A stretch of 64,000 nucleotides of DNA, from NCBI GenBank assembly GCA_964016885.1, contig OZ024761.1, positions 21,452,001-21,516,000 of the forward strand, in the 5' to 3' direction. This document shows positions 26,074 to 39,004 of the stretch, one piece after another (the stretch's first letter is position 1; every line of letters starts with the position of its first letter). The notes under the pieces are model-generated. The model was not told where the DNA came from. It was given only the letters and a program-made list of their open reading frames with translations, and made no database searches. Source of the stretch: Eledone cirrhosa (taxonomy: Eukaryota). The translations under genes and the position numbers were made by a program.

Positions 26074-28903
26074 TGTGTGTTTTCTGAAGCATAACATTCT
26101 TTTTTAACTCCCGATTTTCTACCTGATGTCTAGGACACTAACAACAGTTATGTATCTACCTGAATGTTCTGAAGACTAGGATTTTAATCACCTGTTTAAA
26201 CATTCCCTTTGCTCCAATGATTCCAGACTTCCTTCTGGAAGAAACAATTGTCAGCAAATAAATGTATTAAAAATAAGATTTGATTATTGTTTTAATATTT
26301 TATATATATATATATGTATATATAACGAAGGAAATGTGGCAAGGAACCAGATGGACCATAACGCACCAAAGTACTCAATACTTAGGGTAGTAGAGTGGGT
26401 AATAGGAACAAGTAGGACCCCGACGGCTGAGCGTTCAGCTATTCATTTACCAGGATAAATATTTTCATTTAATCCAGAATTAGCCGTCGAAACGGCTTGA
26501 GCTCAGCCGTCGGGGTCCTACTTGTTCCTATATATATATAAATAAATATATATATCCGCAGCCGACGCGAAGGGCTAGTTTCGGTTATTTGTTGGAAATT
26601 TCTTCATAGAAGCCTTATTCTTATAGCCTGGTCTATTCGATTTTTTATATGGTTAATTATGCTAATTGGGAGAGGAAAGGGTATATATTTTATCTGGTGA
26701 TTCTATAGACATGTTTTATGATTATATATATATATATAGATATATATGTGGATATATATCCATATATATACCCTTTCTAACTAATTGGTGATTAAAGTAT
26801 GACAATTTCTTTGTGTTTCAGTTAACAACCCCGCTGCATCACTCCTCTACACTATGCTGGGTGACCTATGTCTTGAAGAGCCAAATAACATAGTCTTTAA
26901 TATCTGCTGCAGTACTGGAACCGTGGCCCTCAGTCTTGCTAAGGTTAGCTCTTATCTTCTTAGAGTTGTGTCAGCTTCACAGGTTTTTGTCACATTTATG
27001 ACATACATAGCACACACACACATCATCATTTTACGTCCGCTTTTCCCTGCTTGCAAGGGTGGGACGGGTCCTATTCAGCACAGCATCTCTCCACTTGTCA
27101 CGGTCCTTCGTCATCTCCTCCATGAATTTCAGCAATCTGGGGTCTGCTTTCACCACCTCAACCCATGTTTTTCGTGGTCTTCCTCTACACACGTATATAT
27201 ATATATATATGTAAAGGGTAAACAGAAATAACAACACAATCGGTACAGTATATGGAAAGAATATATTAGTTTAATGCTTGAAATAGCAGGAAGAAGGTCT
27301 TAACGTTTCGAATGCTAGTCCTTCATCAGAAGAAAGAATGAGAGAGAAATTAAAGAAGAAATAGCAGGATTGAGATGGGCAAGGTGGGATTGGAAAATAA
27401 ATTTTAAGAGAAAAATAACAGGTCCATTCATGTTGCCATGTATGTATATATAATTGTTTCTACTTTTGGCACAAGGCCAGCAATTACCAAGTACATTACT
27501 GGTACTTTATTTTTCAACCCCATAAGGATGAAAGGAAAAGTTAACCTCGGGCCATTATATATATATATATAATGGTCCGAGGTTAACATGGCTTAGTGGT
27601 TAGAGCATTGGGCTTGCAATCGAAAGGTTGTGAGTTCAATTCTCAGACCGGGTGATGTGTTGTTTCCTTGAGCAAGACACTTCATTTCACATTGCTCCAG
27701 TTTACTCAGCTGTAGAAATGAGATGATAGGGACTGAGGTCCCTATCATTCCACTGCAAAGTGGTCGTGGAGGTGCCACAGCAAAAAAGCAGCCAGCACTC
27801 ACTGTAAATGAGGTTGGTGTTAGGAAGGGCATCCAGCTGTAGAAATCAAGCCAAAATCAGTTCCCGTCCCACCCTTGTAAACAGGGAAAAGCGGACGTAA
27901 AATGATGATATATATATATAGTAGAACAGTGGAGGGTTATATCCGTAGTAGTAGAGCACTCAGGACATGGGACGAGTTTGGTAGAAGTGGTTCCACAACA
28001 GTTCACCATGTTCTCGGTATGGTGAACTGTTGTGGAACTACTTCTATATATATATATCTCATCATCGTTTTCCATGCTCACATAGGTTGGTCTGGTCTTA
28101 TCCAGCACCGCTGTCCTCCATATGTTGCCTATGTTTGTCCTCTTGTCTGTAAGTCTTCCTAGGGTTTGCTCTCCGTTAGTAATTTCCTTCTTCATATATT
28201 TTCTATTACAGCGAGTGAAGAGTGTTGTTGCTGTTGATATGTGGGCTGCCAACATCGAGGAAGCCAAGAAGAATGCTGAACTAAACAGTATGTATCATAA
28301 CCACCATTAACATCACCATCTTCACCACCATCATCATCATCATTATGGCTTGACATTTATTTTCCAAGCTTTCATGAGTTAGACTGCTGTCATATGAGAA
28401 ATCAGTTAGGTGACAAGGTTGTGCTTGTATATATTGTGTTAGCTTGGTTTTTACAGCTTGTGGAGCCTGGTTTCTGTTAGTGGTCGTGCTGGGGTCTAGC
28501 ATTTCACTGCTGGAAGGAGTTGGGGTCATGGTGAGGCCTGGTTTCTATTGGTAGCTTATCTGATATCCTTCCTCTATCTACACAAGTTATTCATAGCTGC
28601 CCCTCCCTACTCTTTTCCTGCTTGTTATCTGTTGACCCCTGTTTTTATCTATTTCCCTCCAGATGTGACTAATGTCACCTTCTACCATGCCAAAGCTGAC
28701 GAGGTCATTGACCATCTTGACCGCTGGCTGAAGGGCCAAAGTGCTGTTGCTGTTTTAGACTCCCCTTGTGCTGTGATGCGTAAGTCTTTGTATTTCTTTG
28801 TTGTTGTTTAACTGTTTGCTATGGGAGCCTGTACACGGTCATCGGATTCGATGTATAAAATACACATACTTATATGTATACAGCTATGTTGGAATGAACA
28901 GCT

Positions 28904-28940
<37 letters not shown>

Positions 28941-30876
28941 TGTGTATCTGTGATAATCCTTTAGCATTTACATTTCCACAGTAAAGGCTTTATCTCACAA
29001 AATATCGAATCTAAGAGATTTTGACATTTATTTATTTTGAGAACAATACGTTAATGTCAGTATGAGTGGCCAGTTACAGCTGGTTTGAACAGAAAGAGGT
29101 GAGAGACTGGCCAGATATGGCTGGTTTAAATGCTACAGGGTTAAACAAGCCAACTCGATATTGTGGGATGTGTGTTAACCCTTTAACATTTAAACCAACC
29201 ATAATTCTCTCAGCTCTGTTTAAACCGGTTGCTCATACTGATGTTAAAGTATTTTTCTCAAAATAAATAATATCAAAATTTCATAGATTCGATATTATGT
29301 TAGGTAAAGCCTTTACCATGTAAATATAATGTAAATGCTAAAAGGTTAATCCTGTCTTCTGTTCTCTCGTGGGATGTGTGCATTAGTCCTATTGTCCAGT
29401 TCTACTTCTGTGTCACAGTAACCACAGATATTCAATAATTTCCTCTTTGTCTTTACAGAAAGTAAAGTGATATATGCTCTCCGGCGTTGCCACTTCATCC
29501 ATAGGGTTATCTACATCTCGTGTAACCCAGTTGCTGCCATTCAGAACTTCACTGAGTAAGTCTAGAACTTTCAATAGTTATTTACTGCCTCACCTTATCC
29601 GACTTAAAATAATTTTTTTTTACTTATAGTTTTCATGACTAAATTTCTCATCCTGTGATTTTCAAATATTTTGAAAAAGGATTTAATAGTATAACTAACT
29701 GATGTTTGGAACATAACTTAAAGATTCTTACATAAAATTATGATAGAAGGTTTTCAGATAAACACTTTAAGACAAAGTTGTGTATCAAAAGGTTAACATA
29801 GAAGGACCCTTCAGTTGTGTCAAAGACATGACAACCTTCCTAGTGTTGGTGACATAAAACACACCCTGTACACTCTGTAAAACGGTCAGTGATAGGAAGG
29901 ACAACCTGCTGTAGAAACCTTGCCTAAAAGGGTTGACAGGACCCTTCAGTTGTGTTAAAGACACAATTAGCACCCTAGTGCTGATGCCATGGTTACAGAT
30001 AGAGAAATGCAGTGCAGAGTGTGGGAACATATATAAATAAAATGGGTGTTGAGAGGTCAGAGGTTAGTGTTTCTAATTAAGTCCTGGGCAGTGAGAAAAT
30101 GGACATTAAATGACGAGGATTTTCAAACTTGATACAGAGACTTTTGTGTTTTCTTCTTATTTCAGTTTGATGAAACAAAAATCACAGACGATGAAAGGAA
30201 AGGCGTTCTACCCTGTAAAAGCTGTTCCTGTTGATCTGTCACCCCATACAAAGCTCTGTGTGATGGTTGTCATGTTTAAGAGAAAACGTAAGTTTAAACA
30301 CCATTTCTTAACCCTTTAGTATTTAATCCAGCCAGAATTTTTCTCACCTCTTTCTGTTCAAACCAGCCACTCATACTGATGTTAAGGTGTTATTCTCAAA
30401 ATAAATAATATTAGTACATATAGAGTAATGTAAATGTTATGTGAGGTAAAGCCTTTACTGTGAAAATACAATAGTATATATAGAGTGAGGTAAAGCCTTT
30501 ACTGGGAAAATACAATAGTATATATAAAGTAATGTAAATGTTATATGAGGTAAAGCCTTTACCATGTAAATACAATAGTATATATAGAGTAATGTAAATG
30601 TTATGTGAGATAAAGCCTTTACTGTGAAAATACAGTAGTATATAGAGAGTAATGTAAATGATATGTGAGGTAAAGCCTTTACCATAGTATATATAGAGCA
30701 ATGTAAATGCTTAAAGAGTTAAACTCAGCTGAAATAAATACCACAAAGTATTCTGACTTTCTACATTCTGCTAATTTGCCACCTTTTATAGAATTATATT
30801 ATATATATAAACAATAAAATTAATTTTTTATATATTTTCCATTATTCTAGGTTTCCGTACAGACATGATGTGCTAA
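17840..30876 (+). CDS. TRMT2A-like tandem paralog with degenerate catalytic motifs (~489 aa, 14 coding exons)
   Basis: Exons 17840(ATG)-17875, 19575-19626, 19788-19872, 20718-20772, 21393-21857, 22494-22597, 23466-23517, 24184-24244, 26822-26943, 28212-28287, 28663-28779, 29459-29555, 30166-30287, 30851-30876. Exon lengths 55/104/52/61/122/76/117/97 match the upstream copy exactly. No stops or frameshifts. First and last exons are less certain (unspliced end would be 30319). Confidence 0.9.
17985..18870. repeat. 48-bp minisatellite (~18 copies) related to SINE family C internal sequence
   Basis: ATAAAATACACCCAGTCCACTCTGTAAAGTGGCAGTGCTGGTGCCACA. Related arrays at 19900-20160, 20915-21270, 51920-52105, 56615-56910. 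Confidence 0.92.
24262..25325 (-). mobile_element. CR1-like LINE 3' end with internal 61-bp tandem array (x12, 24428-25160)
   Basis: TRRHANKV...[21 protein letters not shown]...ASFK; simple-repeat tail at ~24262-24277; 61-bp period read directly. Confidence 0.75.
25660..26078. repeat. (TA)n/(TATG)n microsatellite (others at 32930-34045, 34365-34610, 45150-45375, 63575-63845)
   Basis: Direct inspection. Confidence 0.95.
27298..27333 (-). ncRNA. Minimal (Penelope-type) hammerhead motif
   Basis: Minus strand TCTT-CTGATGA-AGGACTAGCATTC-GAAAC-GTT-AAGA: 4-bp stem I, loopless palindromic ACGT stem III. Decayed copy on + at ~59376-59410. Confidence 0.5.
27585..27725 (+). mobile_element. tRNA-derived SINE family B (reference copy)
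   Basis: A box TGGCTTAGTGGTTAGAGC, B box GAGTTCAATTC, core CCTTGAGCAAGACACTT...TTGCTCCAG. Copies on - at ~1350-1482, 44998-45130, 56070-56190, 56205-56320. Confidence 0.8.
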
Positions 30877-33076
30877 ACAAAGAAAAGTGGCTTCAGTAAA
30901 AGACCAAAACTTGTTTTAAAGCCAGTGGCAGTAAAATAAAATGAAATTGTTTCAAAGGAGGTTTGATTTGAGGAGAAGAGAGACTGAGGGTTTGTGTTTG
31001 TGGTGTGACAATTATTAAACAAAAAAAAAAGGGAGGGGGGAAATTAACTCTTTGAAATATCAATGTATTTCTGAAAATATAAAAAAAAAGGAATGAAATA
31101 AAAAAACCCCCATTAAAATATAGTATCTATGTAGAAATACTTTCTATATAATAACCCCACCACCACCACAAAAAATACCAAGTTTTACTGTGTTCATTAT
31201 TCACTTCATATCACCATTAAAACAAAAAACAAAACAAAAATTTAAGACGTAACAATGTTTTTTTGTGTTCGGCTTATTTCTTTTTAATTCTTTCTTTTTT
31301 TGTGTGTATATGTGTTTTGTATTTTTTTGTTTGGGACAAATATTAATTCTTGTTTTCAGACATGGTCAAGTTGTTTATTAAACCCATGAATTTCCCCCCG
31401 AAAAACATTTTTTAATTAAATTTTTATTATTTATTTTACAGTAAAAGGTGAAATGTCTTTTAAAACAAGGACACTTGATCTTGTAAACTAGAGGTGGAGG
31501 TACATGGGGGAAGGTTCCAAGGTTTCAGTGATTAGATATATTTAAAATAGACAAAAAAAATGAAATTTATGGAATTAACTAACTTGAAAACCAGCAAAAT
31601 ATTTTTTTTTTTATTATCATAGTTATCATCATCATCATCATCATCAATAGAAAAAAAAATATTTAAAATGGTCGTGAGGAGGGTGGGTGGGTTGTATCAA
31701 ATGTTTCTTATGTATTCAAGATGTATTTCAGTGTATATAAGATATTCACATGTACTAATATATATACATATATATATATTGCATGTATGTATATCGTATG
31801 GTTTGTTAAATACAAAGCTAATCATAATAATCTTATATAATGGCAAGCCTCCTATAAGAGAAGGATATAGTCGACTGATTAAAGTCAGTAGTAGTAGTAT
31901 TTATTTTGACACTGGTGAGCTGAAAAGATAAAAGATAGCTCGATCAAGTTTTGAGCTTAAAGGTAAAAATCAACACAACGTTGCTCTACCAATTCTGCAA
32001 TCCACCACCCTCCAAATATACAGGATTAATTAATATCAATTAAACAAGTTAATGGCCATGCTGTTCTTTAAAGGATTTGTCCGAAATATTTAGGACTTTA
32101 AAAGCATGGTCTTTATTATGAAGATGGCTGGGCAAGTGACTGCTACATTGAGCAGATCAATCAATAATGTTGGAACTATCTTGTTGGTAACTTATTGCTA
32201 GGAAGAAGAAGCTAGGATTTTTCAGTAACAAATTGTTTTTGTTTGAGTCGAAGAAAACAAGCTTATTAAATATGAAATGACACTAAATTGTAAGTGTGTG
32301 TTTATGTAATATATATATATATGTGTGTATGTATATATATATATATATATATATAGAATTTTTAAAATGTGAAGTAGTTTCAGATGTTAAAGCCCTTTAT
32401 TGTTAAGGCTGTGATAGATATTTCAATGACAACAGTGGCCACGTGACTCCGCCTAACCAGTGCCATAATCTTATCAGACAGCTTCTACATAAATATTGAA
32501 ATATGTATTGCCGCCTTAACAACAAAGGACTTTAACATCTGAAACTACTTCGCGTTTTCTTATTCTAAATATACTCTGTCATTCCTATGTGGAAAAAGTA
32601 CGTTGAGTGCTTCACTTGAATTGTATCAATATTTACCGTAAGTATATATATATAGAGAGAGAGAGAAAGAGAGACACTCCATTTGATACCTTCTTGACAA
32701 ATTATGTGTGTATATATATATATATACACACACACACTTTGTATTGACAGTCGCTGGAATAAACACGTAATACCGTAGTAGTGATGAATATATACTTTAT
32801 TAAATCCACCCTTCAGTCTTGTTACTCAGGAGAACATCTAGAGTAACGCCTTAAGGGTGGATTTAATAAGGGAGATATATATATATATATTTATTATAAA
32901 TTTCAAGATGTTTACAATTATCAGAAACATATGCATATATATATATACACATACACACATGCATACATACACACACATTGTTATATATATATATAGACAA
33001 ACATATGCTAAAAGGTATATCTATCTTTCATGCATATTTACATAATACATACATACGTCTGTGTGTATATATATAT

Positions 33077-33119
<43 letters not shown>

Positions 33120-33790
33120 CATGTATATGTACACATATATATATATATATATATACATATATATATGTATACACTCGTGTATAAAATCTATATGTATATT
33201 ATATTTATATATAAAAAGAAAGAAAGAAAACAGCAGTTTAAGGAGATAATGGAGGAGGGGGGGGGTGTAAAAGAAATAGATGGAAAGGCAGAGGAGGGGT
33301 GGGGGGAGAATATTTAGGGGTAAATTGTAGGCAAAGATAAGGATCCTTGTTTTCCTTCATTTGTGGTGGGAGGAAAGATGCAAGATTATGTAAATCCTGT
33401 GTTGATTAGCTGGCTAACAACAGAGAGTGTCTGTCTGTATGTCTTTCTTCTTTCAAGTTGTGTAATGCTGGTTGTGTGCAGATAGGAAGACACATATATA
33501 TATATATACATATACATATATATATATGTAAATATATATATATGTTAACTGAGAAGAGGGTGGTTGTTGATTTTTATTATTATTATTATTATTATTTCAA
33601 TGACAAAACAGTTTGGTTTGGAGAGAGGGGGATAAAGAAACAAAAAGATTTATATATATATGTATATATATATATATACATATATACACCCACATATATA
33701 TATATATGTGTGTGTGTGTAGAAATTTATAGAATTATTATTATTTTTTTTAGACCCCTGTTATCGGGTGGGTGGGTGTTGTGTGTATACA

Positions 33791-33829
<39 letters not shown>

Positions 33830-33968
33830 ATGCATATATATATATATATGTGTGTGTATGCATATATATATATATATATGTGTGTGTATGCATATATGTA
33901 TATATATATGTATGCATATATGTGTGTATGTATACATATATATATATGCATACAAACATACATATATC

Positions 33969-34002
<34 letters not shown>

Positions 34003-34005
34003 TAT

Positions 34006-34046
<41 letters not shown>

Positions 34047-34077
34047 CATGGCGTTTTTAGCAGTTAATAAGAACAAT

Positions 34078-34344
34078 CTAGCTGGGCAGGTCGTCAACTT
34101 TGGTGTCATCAGCAACATCGTTATTATCTTCTTCGTTATTGTCATTGTTATTATCTACCTCATCCTCCTCCTTTTCCTTCTCTTCTCCCTTCTCTCCCTT
34201 CTCCTCCCCCTCTTCTTCCTCTTCCTCCTTCTCACACGTCAGAGCTGACAGCCTCGTCTCAAGATTTTCAATACGTTTATCCAACTTCTCTACGGTTGTG
34301 GTCAACATCTTCACCTCATCCATTAACTGTTTCGGATCAAAGTT
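34078..34344 (-). CDS. Coronin distal alternative terminal exon (second coiled coil plus acidic tail)
   Basis: Poly-T tract + CAG acceptor, phase 0. Encodes [14 protein letters not shown]...[10 protein letters not shown]...[12 protein letters not shown]...DDLPS*, aligning with proximal terminal exon [14 protein letters not shown]...[10 protein letters not shown]. Confidence 0.8.
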   Translation of the reverse strand, partial: NFDPKQLMDEVKMLTTTVEKLDKRIENLETRLSALTCEKEEEEEEGEEKGEKGEEKEKEEDEVDNNNDNNEEDNNDVADDTKVDDLPS

Positions 34345-35779
34345 CTGACAAAAAAAAAAAGAATATATATATTATATATTATATTATATATTATATTTAT
34401 AATATATTATATATTATATTATACATATATATTATATATTATATTATACATATATTATATATTATATTATACATATATTATATATAGTTAACATTAAACG
34501 AGAAACAAAGTTTGTTTATCAAATTTAATCTGTACATATAAAATATTTATGAATATAAATATATATACATATAAATATATATTTATATAAATATATATTC
34601 ATATATATATATAAGCAGAAGGGATATTTAATTTGTTGTTAATTCAACAAATATAAATGTTTATAACTGATTAAGAGAACTAGACAGATGGCACAAGGCC
34701 AGCAATCACCCAGTGTATTACTGGTACTTTATTTTATCGACCCCGTAAGGATGAAAGGCAAAGTTAACCTAGGCGGGATTTGAACTCAGATTGGCAAGAG
34801 CCGTAACTCTATGCATCAAAGCATGGCGTCCAACCCTCTACCGATACTGCCAATTCACTGCCCTTAATAATAATAATAATGATTTCATTTATTAGCCACA
34901 AGGGCCGACATGTAGGGGACAATAAGGTCGAGTAAAGTGCACAATGGCAAGACTAATTTAACAATGAAAATATAAAAATATAAAATAAAATAATAATGAA
35001 CTTGTGTAAAGTGCTCAGGTGCACTACAACTCATCAATATAGTTAGTACACAAGTGAATAGTGTGTATATATCAATCTTTCCAATTGCTAATATTATCTA
35101 TCCAGCCAAAAGGAGCAATGTGAAATAAAGTGTCTTGCTCAAGGACATATCCATTACCACCACTAATACTACTATCACTACTACTAGTAGAACCCTGAAA
35201 ATTGTGCTTTAATTTCTATATTTTTTCATCCAATCTTAGGAATAAGTCATGACAGAGTTATCGTTCTTAACTTTTAGGGTAAGAAAATCGTAGGTATCTG
35301 ATGTCGCTTCTATATACAAATAGATAATCGTGGGGCATGCTGGGAGAATCGATGTATCAATTTTTTTTTCTTTATGGAGGCCTTTTTAATATATTTTGAA
35401 TAAATGTGAGGCCCGAAGTTTATTACTATCAAGAAACACATGCGTATATATACACTCACAGACACATAAACATACATGGAAAGAAACACACACGTAAATA
35501 CACGCGCGCAAATATATATATGTGTGTGTATGTGAGAGAGAGTGTGTGTGTTTATGTGAGAGAGAGGGAGAGAGCGTGTGTGTGTGTATGTGAGAGAGAG
35601 AGAGTGTGTGTGTTTATGTGAGAGAGAGGGAGAGAGTGTGTATGTTTCGTCTGCTTTCAACCAATACTTAAATCAATAACTATAGCGCCCAAAGTTTATT
35701 ACTGTCAAACAGACTCACGCGCATATACATACATACGCACCTAAGGGCGGGGAAGCCATTAGAGCTGGTTGAGGACTTC

Positions 35780-36425
35780 GCATATTTGGGCTCAAAGATT
35801 GGGAACACAGAGGATGATGTGGTGGAGAGGAAGAGCAAAGCTTGGAAGGCCTGTCGCAGTCGGACCTTCGTAAAGATCTGGAGTCTGTGCTACTGTACGG
35901 GTCTGAGACTTGGACACTGACCAAGAGACTCACTCAGATGGTGGACGGGTGCTATTTGAGGGTGCTGAGGATGGCTCTGAACATTAATCAGTATACACTG
36001 AGGAAGAAGAACTCGAAGCTGTACGGGAGTCTTCCATAAGTCTGCTCGAAAGTAACACAGAGGTGACTGAGGTTAGCTGGACATGCTCACTGATATTCAG
36101 AGTTGACACTGCACCCAGTGCTCCTGTGGGAGCCCCTGCACGGACACGCTGGGAAGAAGGAGACCGAGGGTGTCATATATTGATGCCCTAAGGACTGACA
36201 AAAGACGCGGCACGTAGCGGCGATGATGAAGGACAGAGACCGCTGGAGAGAGAGAAGACGTCCATGGATCCCAGGATGATAGGCAGGTACTTCCAGTGAC
36301 ACATAGGAAGACCGAGGTTGACATATGTTGATGCCATAAGGACAGACACTGGTCTCTGGAAAACGCGGGACATAGCGGCAATGATGAACGACAAAGACTG
36401 CTGGAGAGAACTCGTCCATAGATCT
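35780..36425 (+). mobile_element. Decayed RTE/RTEX-like LINE fragment
   Basis: ESVLLYGSETWTLTKRL...DGCYLRVLRMALNI; duplicated 3' portion. Confidence 0.7.
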
Positions 36426-36604
36426 CGGAAATTTTACCCGGGAAATTTATCCGCCCTATATATATATATATTTAATGTATAATAAACAATACAGTATAAT
36501 TACCTCATATACTGTATTGTTTATTATACATTAAATATTTAGCTCTGTAACTTACATAGAGCACTCTTCATTCCCCTGACTTTTTCAACGGAAACTTCAA
36601 TACT

Positions 36605-36639
<35 letters not shown>

Positions 36640-37684
36640 TAACAGGAATAACTCGGTTATTCCTGTTTTCTCTGGTACCATACATATTATTATAAATACT
36701 CTATGATATTCTCTTTGGAAAGTGTACCATAAACTCTAACTGGATTTTACCTACACCTTGCAAGGAACACATCGAGAAAAACATATTTGGTAAGCAATCT
36801 TTCATATTTATTTTGTTTACGCATCTGATCTACACAAACGGAATTGAATTTGGCTTATCTTCGTGCATACATACATACATACATACATAGTGGCTGCTAA
36901 CTCGTTTTCGAGTACGGCCACTACTTTATATCCATGTAGGAGAACTCCTACCGATGCGCTGAACGAGTGTGACTTTGTAGTCCAGCCAGCGACTTGAAAA
37001 CTCTGGTACAAACACTACACTTGTGACAATTATTGACACATAGTGCTGGGCCCATGGTACCATGTGACGACAAGTGCAGAGAGATCTCCAGATAGAAAGC
37101 AATGCCTGTGCCGTGAAGCTTTTATAGTGAGCAAAGGCACTGCACAAAGCCAGTCCCACTCTCTTAACCAAGATATTTACCAAAAAGAAGAACAAGTCAA
37201 CATCATTGGATACCATCAGAGTTGCAGGTGTTATATCAGAGTTTTCCTTCTCCTAGAATTCTGCCTTGACAAAGGCTAAGGGGTCATCTCTCCCGGATAC
37301 ATACATCCATACATATACACACAAACATCATACATATATAATCATATACGAGTGTATAAGTGTATAAGAGTCTCTGTGTGTGCGTGAGAGATCGTGTCGT
37401 CTGTTTTCAAGTAATATTCTTAACATAAATAAATAAATGTGGGACCCAAAGTTTATTATCGTCAAATATAAACAAACATATACAATACACACACATATAT
37501 ATGTATGTTTATATATAGACGCCATACACACATTCCCGCCTTTCTCTCTCACACACATTTGTATATGTATGTATGTATCGATCGAGCACAGTTAATTATT
37601 TATTTATATATATATATATACATAATCGTGTGACAACCATACTTGATAACGAGGATGCACCCATCACATATGTATGGGTAGATG

Positions 37685-37737
<53 letters not shown>

Positions 37738-37889
37738 TACACACTCATCTACCCACACCTGTGAGAGAGAAAGGCGGGAATGTATGTATATGTACGTGTG
37801 TGCGTGTATCGTCTGCTTTCAACCTGTTTTCGTAATTTTCGTCTGCCTGTGTTTTACGTCAGTAACTTAACGTTTCCTCAGTAAAATTA

Positions 37890-37943
<54 letters not shown>

Positions 37944-39004
37944 AAATACTGTTTGGCTTCACGCTCACAATAATTTCTATACTTTTCATTTATATATATA
38001 TATATACACACAGACACGTATCTATAATTTTCAGTTATATTGAAAATACATCTTATCATGTTTGTTAATATTTACACATTACAAGAGGATTTGACTGCTA
38101 TTATTTAAAACAATGTTTCAGGGTCTGTGATTTGAAAGAGATTTGACTATTGTTTCTAGCACTTTTCTATACATCAATCGTTAATTGGCTGTTATTTCTA
38201 GCAAAGGAATTGACCATATAAAATTACCACGCAGGGTCAAAAATTTTACATAAACAAGTTCTAAGGGAAGTAAGTCGTACTCGCCAGTAAATTCATGATT
38301 ATTTCCCTTTGTCCACTAAATTTATTTCTACAATCTACAAAATGGAGTTGTATTAGCTTTGAGGTTTCGTAACTGTATTATTAATGGATATTTTTCATTG
38401 AAATTTTGCAGACATACGAAATAGAAAGTCTAGCTTAAACTATAAATATAGGCAAATTATATCAAGGCTAGAAATGATGAATAGATGTAGATTTTTATAT
38501 ATGAAAGACCTTACATTAAGTTAATTGTCTTAGTAATGAAATAATAATTGTTTCTACTTTTTGGCACAAGGCCAGAAATAACCCAGTTCATTACTGGTAC
38601 TTTATTTTATCGACCCCGTAAGGATGAAAGGCAAAGTTAACCTCAGCGGGATTTGAACTCAGACCGTAAAGGGATGTAACTATGCTAGAAAGCATGGCGT
38701 CAGACACTCTACCGATTAATGCCAATCCACCGAATAATTTTAGTAAATGCCTCCACATTCTTCACTCATTAATTAGAGTAATATAGAAATGCGGTCATGA
38801 AATGATTAACAGATAGTAAACAGATAGTAAACGACAATTTCACCTGCATCACAGACTGAGCAATTTGAGAATTTACATTGTCTCTACATAACATAACATA
38901 TATACAGAGGTTTAAGATAAACAAAGTTTTAAGAAATTGAAAGAAAAATCAATACATTTTAAATATAGATGCATTTAAATATATTTAGACATTATTACGA
39001 TGTA

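Noticed and set aside
25622-26107. YI/IH/CV-repeat ORFs here and at 33-34 kb, 45 kb, 50-51 kb, 61.5 kb, 63.5 kb
   Set aside because: Microsatellite translations.
26440-26620. Hammerhead cores in the 26.3/39.7-kb family and at 26585-26618
   Set aside because: GAAAC is present but CUGANGA is too degenerate to call a ribozyme.
27585-27660. tRNA-like sequences with A/B boxes
   Set aside because: They continue into SINE core and tail sequence and occur as many diverged copies; not tRNA genes.
17840-30876. Calling the second copy TRMT2B or a processed pseudogene
   Set aside because: It shares exon sizes and high similarity with the adjacent gene, keeps most introns and has no disabling lesions. 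Formal exclusion of TRMT2B orthology needs a phylogeny.
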